64,000 nucleotides of DNA, taken from contig NC_086109.1 of NCBI RefSeq assembly GCF_963921235.1, positions 16,866,001-16,930,000 of the forward strand. The letters are read 5' to 3'. The DNA is from Mobula hypostoma. Lineage: Eukaryota. Of the stretch, positions 35,531-47,505 are shown in pieces. The notes under the pieces are model-generated. The model was not told the origin of the DNA. It was given only the letters and a program-made list of their open reading frames with translations, and did no database searches. A program made the translations under genes and the position numbers. How positions within the stretch are numbered: position 1 is the stretch's first letter; every line of letters starts with the position of its first letter.

Positions 35531-38500
35531 AATGGTTGGGGGGTGGGAATCAAATTAAAGAGGCTAGGCGAGAGGAGGTTAGTTCACAACAGGGGGATGG
35601 GAACAAGTGCAGAGAGACAGAGGGGTGTAAAGTGAGGGTAGAAGCAAAAAGTAGTAAGGAGAAAAGTAAAAGAGGCAGGCCGACAAATCCAGGGCAAGCA
35701 TTAAAAAGGGCCACTTTTCAACATAATTGTATAAGGGCTAAGAGAGTTGTAAAAGAGCGCCTGAAGGCTTTGTGTGTCAATGCAAGGAGCATTCGTAAGA
35801 AGGTGGATGAATTGAAAGTGCAGATTGTTATTAATGATTATGATATAGTTGGGATCACAGAGACATGGCTCCAGGGTGACCAAGGATGGGAGCTCAACGT
35901 TCAGGGATATTCAATATTCAGGAGGGATAGACATGAAGGAAGGGGAGGTGGGGTGGCATTGCTGGTTAAAGAAGAGATTAACACAATAGAAAGGAAGGAC
36001 ATAAGCCGGGAAGATGTGGAATCAATATGGGTAGAGCTGTGTAACACTAAGGGGCAGAAGACGCTGGTGGGAGTTGTGTACAGGCCACCTAACAGTAGTA
36101 GTGAGGTCGGAGATGGTATTAAACAGGAAATTAGAAATGTGTGCAATAAAGGAACAGCAGTTATAATGGGTGACTTCAATCTACATGTAGATTGGGTGAA
36201 CCAAATTGGTAAAGGTGCTGAGGAAGAGGATTTCTTGGAATGTATGCGGGATGGTTTTTTGAACCAACATGTCGAGGAACCCACTAGAGAGCAGGCTATT
36301 CTGGACTGGGTTTTGAGCAATGAGGAAGGGTTAATTAGCAATCTTGTCGTGAGAGGCCCCTTGGGTAAGAGTGATCATAATATGGTGGAATTCTTCATTA
36401 AGATGGAGAGTGACATAGTTAATTCAGAAACAAAGGTTCTGAACTTAAAGAGGGGTAACTTTGAAGGTATGAGACGTGAATTAGCTAAGATAGACTGGCA
36501 AATGAGACTTCAAGGATTGACGGTGGAAATGCAATGGCAAGCATTTAAAGGTTGCATGGATGAACTACAACAATTGTTCATCCCAATTTGGCAAAAGAAT
36601 AAATCAAGGAAGGTAGTGCACCCGTGGCTGACAAGGGAAATTAGGGATAGTATCAATTCCAAAGAAGAAGCATACAAATTAGCCAGAGAAAGTGGCTCGC
36701 CTGAGGACTGGGAGAAATTCAGAGTTCAGCAGAGGAGGACAAAGGGCTTAATTAGGAAGGGGAAAAAAGGTTATGAGAGAAGACTGGCAGGGAACATAAA
36801 AACTGACTGTAAAAGCTTTTATAGATATGTAAAAAGGAAAAGACTGGTAAAGACAAATGTAAGTCCCCTACAGACAGAAACAAGTGAATTGATTATGGGG
36901 AGCAAGGACATGGCAGACCAATTGAATAATTACTTTGGTTCTGTCTTCACTAAGGAGGACATAAATAATCTTCCAGAAATAGTAGGGGACAGAGGGTCCA
37001 GTGAGATGGAGGAACTGAGAGAAATACATGTTAGTAGGGAAGTGGTGTTAGGTAAATTGAAGGGATTGAAGGCAGATAAATCCCCAGGGCCAGATGGTCT
37101 GCATCCCAGAGTGCTTAAGGAAGTAGCCCAAGAAATAGTGGATGCATTAGTGATAATTTTTCAAAACTCGTTAGATTCTGGACTAGTTCCTGAGGATTGG
37201 AGGGTGGCTAATGTAACCCCACTTTTTAAAAAAGGAGGGAGAGAGAAACTGGGGAATTATAGACCGGTTAGCCTAACGTCGGTGGTGGGGAAACTGCTGG
37301 AGTCAGTTATCAAAGATGTGATAACAGCACATTTGGAAAGCGGTGAAATCATCGGACAAAGTCAGCATGGATTTGTGAAAGGAAAATCATGTCTGACGAA
37401 TCTCATAGAATTTTTTGAGGATGTAACTAGTAGAGTGGATAGGGGAGAACCAGTGGATGTGGTATATTTGGATTTTCCAAAGGCTTTTGACAAGGTCTCA
37501 CACAGGAGATTAGTGTGCAAACTTAAAGCACATGGTATTCGGAGTAAGGTATTGATGTGGATAGAGAATTGGTTAGCAGACAGGAAGCAAAGAGTGGGAA
37601 TAAATGGGACCTTTTCAGAATGGCAGGCGGTGACTAGTGGGGTACCGCAAAGCTCAGTGCTGGGACCCCAGTTGTTTACAATATATATTAATGACTTGGA
37701 TGAGGGAATTAAATGTAGCATCTCCAAGTTTGCGGATGACATGAAGCTGGGTGGCAGTGTTAGCTGTGAGGAGGATGCTAAGAGGATGCAGAGTGACTTG
37801 GATAGGTTGGGTGAGTGGGCAAATTCATGGCAGATGCAATTTAATGTGGATAAATGTGAAGTTATCCACTTTGGTGGCAAAAATAGGAAAACAGATTATT
37901 ATCTGAATGGTGGCCGATTAGGAAAAGGGGAGGTGCAACGAGACCTGGGTGTCATTATACACCAGTCATTGAAAGTGGGTAAGCAGGTACAGCAGGCGGT
38001 GAAAAAGGCAAATGGTATGCTGGCATTTATAGCGAGAGGATTCGAGTACAGGAGCAGGGAGGTACTACTGCAGTTGTACAAGGCCTTGGTGAGACCACAC
38101 CTGGAGTATTGTGTGCAGTTTTGGTCCCCTAATCTGAGGAAAGACATCCTTGCCATAGAGGGAGTACAAAGAAGGTTCACCAGATTGATTCCTGGGATGG
38201 CAGGACTTTCATATGAAGAAAGACTGGATGAACTAGGCTTGTACTCGTTGGAATTTAGAAGATTGAGGGGGATCTGATTGAAACGTATAAAATCCTAAAG
38301 GGATTGGACAGGCTAGATGCAGAAAGATTGTTCCCGATGTTGGGGAAGTCCAGAACGAGGGGTCACAGTTTGAGGATAAAGGGGAAGCCTTTTAGGACCA
38401 AGATTAGGAAAAACTTCTTCACACAGAGAGTGGTGAATCTGTGGAATTCTCTGCCACAGGAAACAGTTGAGGCCAGTTCATTGGCTATATTTAAGAGGGA

Positions 38501-38567
38501 GTTAGATATGGCCCTTATGGCTACGGGGATCAGGGGGTATGGAGGGAAGGCTGGGGCAGGGTTCTGA
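35521..38567 (+). pseudogene. CR1 ORF2 (apurinic endonuclease plus reverse transcriptase) with one frameshift near 38270
   Basis: NARSI, GITETW, GDFN and SDH (APE); YRPVSLTS, QHGF, DFxKAFD, GVPQ and FADD (RT). The C-terminal part continues in ORF 38304-38567. Confidence 0.92.
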
Positions 38568-40186
38568 GTTGGATGATCAGCCATGATCATAATAAATGGT
38601 GGTGCAGGCTCGAATGGCCGAATGGCCTACTCCTGCACCTATTTTCTATGTTTCTATGTTTCTATGTTCTCCCCTGTCAGGACTGGTTACTCCAAGTTGT
38701 TTTAATTATTGATCGCAAAGTTGATGAGTTGATCCTCATGAAGCTGCTGATGCCTAAAACAAAGTAGGGAATCAATAGCATCTCTGAGCTCTGCCAATAT
38801 ATGGAAGTTAATCGTATGTATACTGAAGGGATCTTGTAGACAGCCAGTCAGCCAGCCTTCATAAAGCAAATTAATCACCAATGACACCTTCCTATTGGTA
38901 GTTCCCAATACTGCCCTCTTTGTGTGATTCTTCCATCTTCGAATCTCTGGTCAAATCACCTTCACTATGGACTGCCAACCATCCTTTTCCCAGTCAGGAC
39001 CTATTCTTCACAGTACTGAATATTCAAGGTTCTGAAGCCAACAAATACTCCATAGAAGTCTCCTTGCTTGAAAACACTCTGTCATTAAACCACATCTGCT
39101 TTAATGTTGTAAAACATCCAAGGTGCCCCACAGGGTTTATCAGATAAAATTTAACACTGGGCTATATTAGGAAGATAGAGCAGCAGATCAAAATCTTCAA
39201 ATAGCCTTGAAATGATGAGCACAATGCGGAGAGGAATCTTCCAGAGCTCTAGACTTCAGATATAGAACATAGAACAGAGAACACGACAACACAGTACAGG
39301 CCCTTTGGTTCATGATGTTGTTCCAACCTTTTCATCTATTCTAAGATCAATCTAACCCTTCCCTTCTACATAGCCTCCCCCCCACCACCATTGTTCTATG
39401 TGTCTATCTAAGAGTTTCCATAAGACCATAAAACATAGGAGCAGAATTAGGCCATTCTACCCTCAAGTCTACTCCACCCACAACTCTCTGTGTAAAAAAA
39501 CCTAGCTCTGATATCCCACCTAACCTCCAATCACCTTAAAATTATGCCACTTCTGCCCTGGCTACCTTAGAACCCTCAAGGGCCTTGTCTGATCCTTACT
39601 TCTAAACCTTAATTATGTTTCTTTCTTCATCTTGACTAGATGTTCCACATCTTGTGTCATTCTTTCACTCTACATTCCACAGAATATCTCTTCTCCACAG
39701 AATGTGCAGTGGGGTGGCGGATTATGCGTCAAACCCCAGCGACAGGACCATTCTCCGCTCTAAGATCAAAACGGAGTTGTACACATCATTTTTCCGATAT
39801 TTCTCATTCCTTCTCACATGGAACTCAAAATAGTCAAGAAGACCTGCGATGAGACATTGAAGAGGAAAACTGATACATCCATGAGAAAGAAAAGAAGGAA
39901 ATTGCAATGAGATACAATCATAGAGAGATACAGTGGAGAAAAAGGTGCTTTGATCCACCAAGTCTGCTCTGACCATCAGGCTCTCATTTTTACACTGATC
40001 TTACCCTAAGTGATTTTATTCTCCCCACATATACTAAAGATGAATTTTATACACAAGAGGTGAACTTTATCTTCTAAAGATGAACTCTTGACCACTTAGT
40101 CTACCTTGTCATGGCCCTTGCACTTCATTTGTCTCCCTGCACTGCACTTTCTCTATGACCGTAACACTATATTTTGCTTTCTGTTT

Positions 40187-40788
40187 ACACCAGTGGCCAC
40201 ACATTTTAATTTCATGTCCCATTCCCATTCTGATATGTCTATCCACGGCCTCCTCTACTGTAAAGATGAAGCCACACTCAGGTTGGAGGAACAACACCTT
40301 ATATTCCGTCTGGGTAGCCTCCAACCTGATAGCATGAACACTGACTTCTCAAACTTCCACTAATGCCCCACCTCCCCCTCATACCCCATCCATTATTTAT
40401 TTATATACACACATTCTTTTTCTCTCTCCTTTTTCTCCCTCTGTCCCTCTCACTATACCCCTTGCCCATCCTCTGGGTTTCCCCCCCCTCCCCCTTTTCC
40501 TTCTCCCTGGGCCTCCTGTCCCATGATCCTCTCATATCCCTTTTGCCAATCACCTGTCCAGCTCTTGGCTCTATCCCTCCCCCTCCTGTCTTCTTCTATC
40601 ATTTTGGATCTCCCCCTCCCCCTCCCACTTTCAAATCTCTTACTGGCTCTTCCTTCAGTTAGTCCTGATGAAGGGTCTCGGCCCAAAATGTCGACTGTAC
40701 CTCTTCCTAGTGATGCCGCCTGGCCTGCTGCGTTCACCAGCAGCTTTGGTGTGTGTTGTTTAAATTTCCAGCATCTGCAGATTTCGTG
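40187..40788 (+). mobile_element. Penelope-like element 3' part (GIY-YIG C-terminus, pyrimidine-rich UTR, hammerhead-bearing terminal repeat) with a 15-bp TSD
   Basis: PVATHFN..HSHSDMSIHGLLYCKDEATLRLEEQHLIFRLGSLQPDSMNTDFSNF; ttttgctttctgttt duplicated at 40172-40186 and 40789-40803. Confidence 0.82.
40660..40697 (+). ncRNA. Minimal type I hammerhead ribozyme motif (decayed) in a Penelope end
   Basis: tagtc-CTGATGA-a-ggg tctcgg ccc-AAAA-tg-TC-gactg. Stems I and II pair, but GAAA has become AAAA. Confidence 0.7.
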
Positions 40789-41369
40789 TTTTGCTTTCTG
40801 TTTTTCATTTTTGTACTATATTGATGTTCTTTTGAATGAGATGCTCTGTCTGCATGACATGCAAACAGCAGCTTTTCATTGTATCTCAGTACCTGGGGCA
40901 ATAGTGAACCAATTAATCCATCTCCCATCAACTAACCCTCAGATTCTACCCACCATTTGCATACTGTGGCAATTTACAGTGGTCCATTCGACCATCGACC
41001 ATCATGTTTTTGGGATGTAGCAGGAAACCCATGAAGTTACAAGAAGAATGTGCAAGCTCCAAAGAGACAGCACCAGAGGTCAGGATCAAACTGGGTCACT
41101 GGAGCTATGAGATACTGTGATGACCCAGAGTTCTGAGTTCCTGAACAAAGGATGAAATAAAGGTGGAAACACTCATCGGGTCAGGCAGCATCTGTGAAGG
41201 AGAAACAGAACCCTTCTCCAGAAATGGGAAAAGGGAATACATGTTGGTTTTCATTAAGATCATGATCAATGAAGTCACATGATCAGATTCTCTTCTCATT
41301 GCTGGAGAGAGATTTTAAGTGAGCCCCTTTGAGGCTAGATATGACTTCCTCCTGGATGAGCAAACTAAA

Positions 41370-42078
41370 GCTTCTCTCTCTGGAATGAAGGAGGACGAGA
41401 GGTAGTTTGATCAAAGCGTACAAGATGATACAAGAAGTACAAGTTAGGTGCCACAGTAGCGTGCAGGTTAGTGTGACGCTATTGCAGCTCAGAGCATCAG
41501 CGTTCAGTGTCTTCTGTAAGGAGTCACTGTACGTCCTCCCCGTGGAACAAGTGGGTTTTTTCTGGGCACTCCAGTTTCCTCCCATGGTCCAAAGACATAC
41601 CGAGCAGGGTGATTGATCATTGTAAGTTGTCTCGTGATTAGGGTAGGGTTAAATCGGAGATGTCAGGAGTTGCTGGGCAGTGCAGCAGGAAGGACAGAAA
41701 GATCCTGCTCTGCACTGTACCTCTAAATTAACAAATAAGGCACAGATCAAGTAGACAGCCAGAGATCTTTTCCTAGAGCAGAAATGGCTAATACCAGGGA
41801 GCATAATTCTAAGGGGATTGGAGGAAAGTTCAGGGGGGATGTCAGAGGTAAGTTTTTTTTACACAGAGCTTGGTGGATTCATGGAACACCCTGCCAGGGG
41901 TGGTGGTAAAGGCAAATATATTAGAGGCATTTAAGAAGCTCTTAGATAGGCAAATGGATAATAGAAAAGTGAAGGGTTGTGTAGGAGGGAAGGTTTAAAT
42001 TGATCTTGGAATAAGCTTAAAGGTTGGCACAACATCATGGGCTGAAAGGCTTGTACTTGCTATAATGTTCTACATTCT
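41370..42078 (+). mobile_element. CR1 3' fragment split by a V-SINE
   Basis: ctctggaatgaaggaggacgagagg...acaagatgatacaag, then the SINE, then ggcacagatcaagtagacagcc...ttctacattcta. Confidence 0.7.
41447..41738 (+). mobile_element. tRNA-derived V-domain SINE
   Basis: ggtgccacagtagcgtg..cctccccgtgg..tttcctcccatggtccaaagac. Confidence 0.78.
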
Positions 42079-42407
42079 AAAGTTGTTATGTATTGGAAGG
42101 AGGTTTATTATTGTCACATGCATCAAAATACAGTGAAAGGCTTGTATTGCATACAGTTCATACAGATCAAATCATTACACAGTGCATTGAACTGGAATAA
42201 GGTAAAACAATAACAATGCAAAATAAAGTGTAAATAGAAGTACAAGTATTTTTGTAACAAATCCGCAACACCCATTGATCAAAGAGGAATCTGCATAGCA
42301 CTGGTGACAGATGGAAATAAAGAAAGTAAGATGCCTGACGTGTAAAGGATTCAATTTCTCCACATTTCCTCTCACTCTTTGACTTCCTTGTTGTTTTCTC
42401 GCCCCAG

Positions 42408-42544
42408 CTCAGCCAGATTGGCTCCAAATCATCAGCGACACAGAGGCTGATATCGGCTCCGTCCTGTGGTGGAAATGTGCTGCCGCCGGGAAGCCCCGGC
42501 CTACCTGTAGGTGGCTGAGGAATGGCTTGCCATTAACATCTAAG
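42408..42544 (+). CDS. CNTN2: Contactin-2 coding exon (Ig4 first half), phase 1 to 0
   Basis: Not in the ORF track. gccccag|CT CAG CCA...TCT AAG|gtgtgc encodes (A)[45 protein letters not shown]. The [10 protein letters not shown] and CAAAGKPRP segments are CNTN2-typical. Confidence 0.94.
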
Positions 42545-42870
42545 GTGTGCACGCTTAGCAGTGTTTTCCTCTCATGTGGTTATGAATGTGGATTTCGAAG
42601 AACCATCTCTGTAGTTACATATTGTTATTGTTGGGATAATTGTATTGGACAGTCAGAGGCTTCCTGGTATTTATTTTATTAACCTTTGACTTTCTGTATG
42701 TATTTTATGTAGGTGTTTCCTGGCTGTGTTTTCTCTCATCCTTTTCGGTAGGAATTTATTCAATGTATTAATCCTCAGGACATTAAATGGCAACACCACC
42801 CTCATTCTCCAGTTTTTTTTCCTAAGAAGAAGCTTAAGAGCTGCTTTCTCCATGAACCTTTGAAGTTCTA

Positions 42871-42899
42871 TTCATGCAGTTCATGCAGTTCATGCAGTT
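42871..42899 (+). repeat. (ttcatgcag)3 tandem repeat
   Basis: Read directly from the sequence. Confidence 0.85.
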
Positions 42900-43639
42900 A
42901 GTCCCACCGTGATGTTGGTATTTTGACCCTGCACCGATGACAGGATATCATTTTATATCCAAGTTAAGACAGCATATAGTTTTGCTGGGAGAATACATTC
43001 CTGCCTATCTGCTATCCAGAGTTCATGGATTATGGGCGGCACTTTGCGCAGAGGTGGTGAAGGGAGTGGAGATAGAACTTAGATGGGATACAAATCATTT
43101 AGTCAACATTGCATTGGATAGTGTGTGTTAGATATCAACCTCTTTCTTTCCCGGATTATGGTTGAGCAAGTAAGTTAGAAAAGGGGTTTGGAATACCCTT
43201 GGCTAGCCTGGATGAGTGGAACTTTAACAGGACTCAAGAAGTTCAATTCTATTGATCATCTTAGGGCTGCGTTGTAAACTGGATATTAAAGTCACAGCTT
43301 ATTGTGTTTCAGAGCATAGGTTGTTTCTAGGACTGGACAAACTAGCAAAGACCCTGGGGTATTTTTTAGATTTTACAAAGCCCGGTCCAATAACCATTGA
43401 TAATCACCATTATGTCATCCACCACATTGAAGTGTGTTACGCTCTGTTCTTTAGACTTGAGCCTCTAGCCTGAAGTATGGCTGGTTGCTCAATCACCGTG
43501 GGCATCAGAGTAGGGTCTGATATTGGTTCAATGCCCTTTCCAAGATAGACCAAGGGAAAACCTTTGCAAAGTTGACTGGAATTAGGGCAGAAGGAGTGGG
43601 GTGACAGAAAAGTGAGATCGTGAGATCAATTGGCTATTT

Positions 43640-44012
43640 CAATAGACAATAGGTGCAGGAGTAGGCCATTCGGCCCTTCGAGCCAGCACCACCATTCACT
43701 GTGATCATGGCTGATCATCCACAATCAGTATCCCATTCCTGCCTTCTCCCCATGTCCCTTGACTCCGCTATCACTAAGAGCTCTATCTAACTCTTTCTTG
43801 AAAGCATCCAGAGAATTGGCCTCCACTGCCTTCTGAGGCAGAGCATTCCACAGATCCACAACTCTCTGGGTGAAAAAGTTTTTCCTCAACTCCGTTCTAA
43901 ATGGCCTACTCCTTATTCTCAAATTGTGGCCTCTGGTTCTGGACTCCCCCAACATCGGGAACATGTTTCCTGCCTCTAGCGTGTCCAATCCCTTAATAAT
44001 CTTATATGTTTA
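43640..44012 (-). mobile_element. CR1 3' fragment, same subfamily as 54578-55730
   Basis: MDTLEAGNMFPMLGESRTRGH...; caatagacaatag tail; near-identical to the reverse complement of 55345-55730. Confidence 0.9.
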
Positions 44013-44529
44013 AAAGCCTAGCACTGCCACAAGGAGCCAAATGGCCTCTGAGCTGAATGAATTTAATAAAGTCTATGAAAGAGGACAGTGTGCACACCAT
44101 CTGATCAATCTCTGTTCTCAGTCTTGAGAATCTTCAATCTTCAGGGCAATTAAATAACAATGATCTCATATGTATAACTGTTGGTCCACAAACAATGCCC
44201 TTTAAATATAATTCCAGGCCATAATTTACATATTCGGGGCCTGGTACTTACTCACACAGCCAGCAGGGACACTGAAGTCTTCACATATTAAGAACAGAAA
44301 ATCCCTCTACATTCTTTTCCTGTGTCACAGACAAACCCCACACAAATCAATCCCCAGTAGGAGTTAACTTCACAGTCATAGAAGAGGAAACCCCAGCTGA
44401 TCATCGACCAAAGAGACCAACTCCACTGGTCTTATTCATATGAAGTGCAGGGTGGCGGTTCAGAACCAAATCCTCTTTCCACTTTTATCACCTGCTTCTC
44501 TCTCAGGCTCTCCACTTTAACTGTTTCAG

Positions 44530-44659
44530 AGCCGCTTTGAAGTCAATAATTGCGCGTTGAAGATCTCAAGACTGGCTCTGGACGATTCGGGAATGTACCA
44601 GTGCGTTGCTGAAAACAAACACGGAACTATCTATGCGAACGCAGAGTTGAAAGTAGAAG
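44530..44659 (+). CDS. CNTN2: Contactin-2 coding exon (Ig4 second half), phase 0 to 1
   Basis: tgtttcag|AGC CGC...GAA G|gttggt encodes [43 protein letters not shown]. Confidence 0.94.
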
Positions 44660-45199
44660 GTTGGTTGGACATTAGGGCAGCTAACAGTAGGTCTCCAGAT
44701 TCTGAGATGCTATCCATGACGTTACTGAAAGCTTCACACAGTAGCAATGGACAGTGAGTGCTGGCAATGCAACTGGGAACATTCTAACCTGCAACCAAGA
44801 CCACTGTCTGCATTGTTGTATGAGAAAAGGCATTCTCAATGTTGGATTGGATACTGTCCATTTTCCCATCATTGGAATAGCTTTCGTTGCATCCTCCTTC
44901 TACTCTGCTTTCTTGCAGCAGTTTTAACATAAGGAGCATTTCCGTAGTAAATGCCCATTCTCTGAAAAATCGGGGTATAAAGTAAGAATTTGCTCCATGA
45001 CCACTCCTTTTGCCTTGACCTAAATGGTTCTATTCCACTGAGCACTGTGCAGGAGTGGGATTTCCAGCACTGAAGCATTCAGAGCTGGGCACTGTGTAAG
45101 AGTCTGATGCTATTTATCACACTCAGGAGAGCCTTGTGTCTCTCATTGTTCACATACGGAGTAAGCCAGCAGCCAGAGCAGTGCGGGAGCTTCACTACA

Positions 45200-45632
45200 T
45201 GGAGCCAGTGACTCCAGTGAACCTCACTGTGTGAGAGTCCAGGAATCCAGACAGTCTGAGAGTTCAGTGTCCATCACTGGGTGACAATCCAGTGGCAGCA
45301 CTACACAAATTTCCGATGACCTTCACAGTGTGAGATCCCAGTGTCCATGGTGGTCATAGAATCCACGATTCAGTACCAGGCAAGAATGCAATGGCTCTCA
45401 CTGTGTGGTCATCCATTGTTTACTCTCTGTGGAAATCCTATCTCCTGCATAGGGTGAGAGCCCACTGCCCAACTGCATGTAGGATCAGTGTTCAGCACAG
45501 TGTGGGAAACCTGCACCCCCCACTATAGGCATTTAGCGTCCTCACTGTGTGGGAGTCCATTGTCCCACAGTGTGGAAAATTCCAGTGTCCAGCCTATCAT
45601 GGAAGTCAGTGTGTGAGAGCCCAGTATCAAGC
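45200..45632 (+). repeat. Degenerate minisatellite (core ctcactgtgtgagagtccagtgt)
   Basis: Recurrent cactgtgtg(a/g)gagtcca and cagtgtcc units. Confidence 0.6.
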
Positions 45633-45697
45633 ACCATCCTTGGATTTAATTTCTAAGGAATATTTCATTTCAGTGGTTTACAATATTTCATTCCCAG

Positions 45698-45848
45698 CTT
45701 TTTATCCGGATTTTCAAGCGAACCCAGTGAGAAGGCTCATTCCAGCAGCCCGTGGAGGAGAGGTGACGATTGAGTGCAGGCCACGGTCCGCACCAAAACC
45801 AAGCATCGTTTGGAGCAAAGGAACAGAAATTCTCTCCAACAACAGCAG
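45698..45848 (+). CDS. CNTN2: Contactin-2 coding exon (Ig5 first half), phase 1 to 2
   Basis: attcccag|CT TTT...AGC AG|gtgaat encodes (A)FYPDFQANPVRRLIPAARGGEVTIECRPRSAPKPSIVWSKGTEILSNNS(R). NPVRRLIPAARGGE is diagnostic of CNTN2 among contactins. Confidence 0.95.
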
Positions 45849-46599
45849 GTGAATATGTCAAAGACCCTTGACTACTGGATGTGCCTCATGACACTAGGAA
45901 TGTGAAATGTTGTCACTGACCACCTTAGATGAAGGCCAAGGTTTAAGGTGTACCTAATCCTGTTTTGGAAGGAATAAAATTGAACTGATGGTTAGTTGGT
46001 TGTAGGAGACACAGAGCAGGACCGAAGAGCATGCTCTTTGATTGAGGGGATAATACATAGTGTTTTCTGTACTGGCTTTTTGAACAAGCTTTTCCGGCTG
46101 ATTCTGTTCTTCTGATGACTCCCCCATAGCACTCCATTCGTCTCCCTTTCCAGAGATGGTGCTGAGCTATAGAATGTCTACATATTGTGTTATACATTCC
46201 CAGGAGAGGATAATAGAAGTCAGTATTCTTCAAGAGACTTGGGGATGAAATGAAAAATCTTCCATGACCTTGGGTCAAGACAGCTCAAAGTAATGGTCCA
46301 ATATAGGAACAATGGGTTGAATAGCCTTCTTCCGGACTTCATGATTCTTTGAGAGCTAAGAAGAACTATTTTCCTATTAGCTGTTCTTAGGAACAATGTC
46401 TTCTTACATAGGCGTGAAAGTGATAAATGTTTGTAGTAACAAAAAGGATTAAAATGACAGAGGGAATAGGGAGTTGAATGAAATTTTGGATGCTGGAGGA
46501 ACTTGAGCAGCATCTGTGGAAGGACAAGAAGAGTCAACATTTTACCGTTACTATCCTACAACCATCAGGCTCCTGAACCTGCATGGACAACTTCACTCA

Positions 46600-47505
46600 C
46601 CTACTATCCCATGAGCCCCTCCATCTAACTCATCATTCTCCAGAGCTTCCACCATCTTCAACAGGATCCTACCACCAAACACGTCTTTACCTCTCCCCAA
46701 ATGTCTGCTTTCTACAGGGATCACTTCCTCCATGATTACCTTGTCAATTAATTCCTCCCCACTAATCTTCCCATGCCACGTATTCATCCATGAGAGAGAA
46801 ATGCTACACCTGTCCATTTGCCTCCTCTCTCACCTCCACTCAGGGCCCCAAACAGACCTTTCAGGTGAGGCAACACTTCACCTGCAAATTTGTTGGGGTC
46901 ATCTATTGTACTCGGTGCTCTCAATGCTACTTCCTTTATTGAAGAGACCCAACGTAAATTGGGGGATCACTTTGAATTTCCCAGTAGTCAACCATTTTAA
47001 TTCCTCTCCCAATCCCATTCTGACATGTTGTCCTATGGCCACCTCCTCTGCCATGATGAGGCCATTCCCACATGGAGGAGCAACATCTGTCTAGGTAGCC
47101 ACCAACCTGATGGCATGAACATCGATTTTTCTTTCTGGTAATTTCCCCACCCCTCTTCTTCCATTACCCCCCCTTTGGCTTCTTACCTCTTCTCCTCATC
47201 TGTCTATCACCTCATCTTTCCCTTTCTCCTATAGTCCACTCTCCTCTCCTATCAGATTCAAACCTTTGCCCTTTCTACCTTTTTGAGCTAATACTTTCTA
47301 GTTTCTTACATAAAAAGGGAGGAAGAGCTTTTTTTATTCTGGCATCTTCACCCTTCCTTTCCAATTCTGATGAAGGTTCTCGGTCCAAAACGTTAACTAT
47401 TTATTCATTTATCTATTTCCATAGATGTTGCTTCTCCTGCTGAGATAACCCCGGCATTTTGTGTGTTGCTCTGGATCTCCAGCATCTGCAGAGTCTCTTG
47501 TGTTC
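46600..47505 (+). mobile_element. Decayed Penelope-like element (longer GIY-YIG region plus terminal repeat)
   Basis: tttcaggtgaggcaacacttcacctgc..ctattgt, FPVVNHFN, aacctgatggcatgaacatcgatttt, then ctgatgaagg..aaaacgtt and ccagcatctgcagag. Confidence 0.7.

Larger units (their letters stand above)
34240..38670 (+). mobile_element. Full-length, near-intact CR1 LINE (CpG-rich 5' UTR, ORF1, ORF2, 3' UTR, (TTTCTATG)n tail)
   Basis: ORF1 has a Zn finger, coiled coil and GDSL/SGNH esterase; ORF2 has APE and RT; tail ttttctatgtttctatgtttctatgttct at about 38642-38670. The 5' boundary is approximate and no clear TSD was found. Confidence 0.93.
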
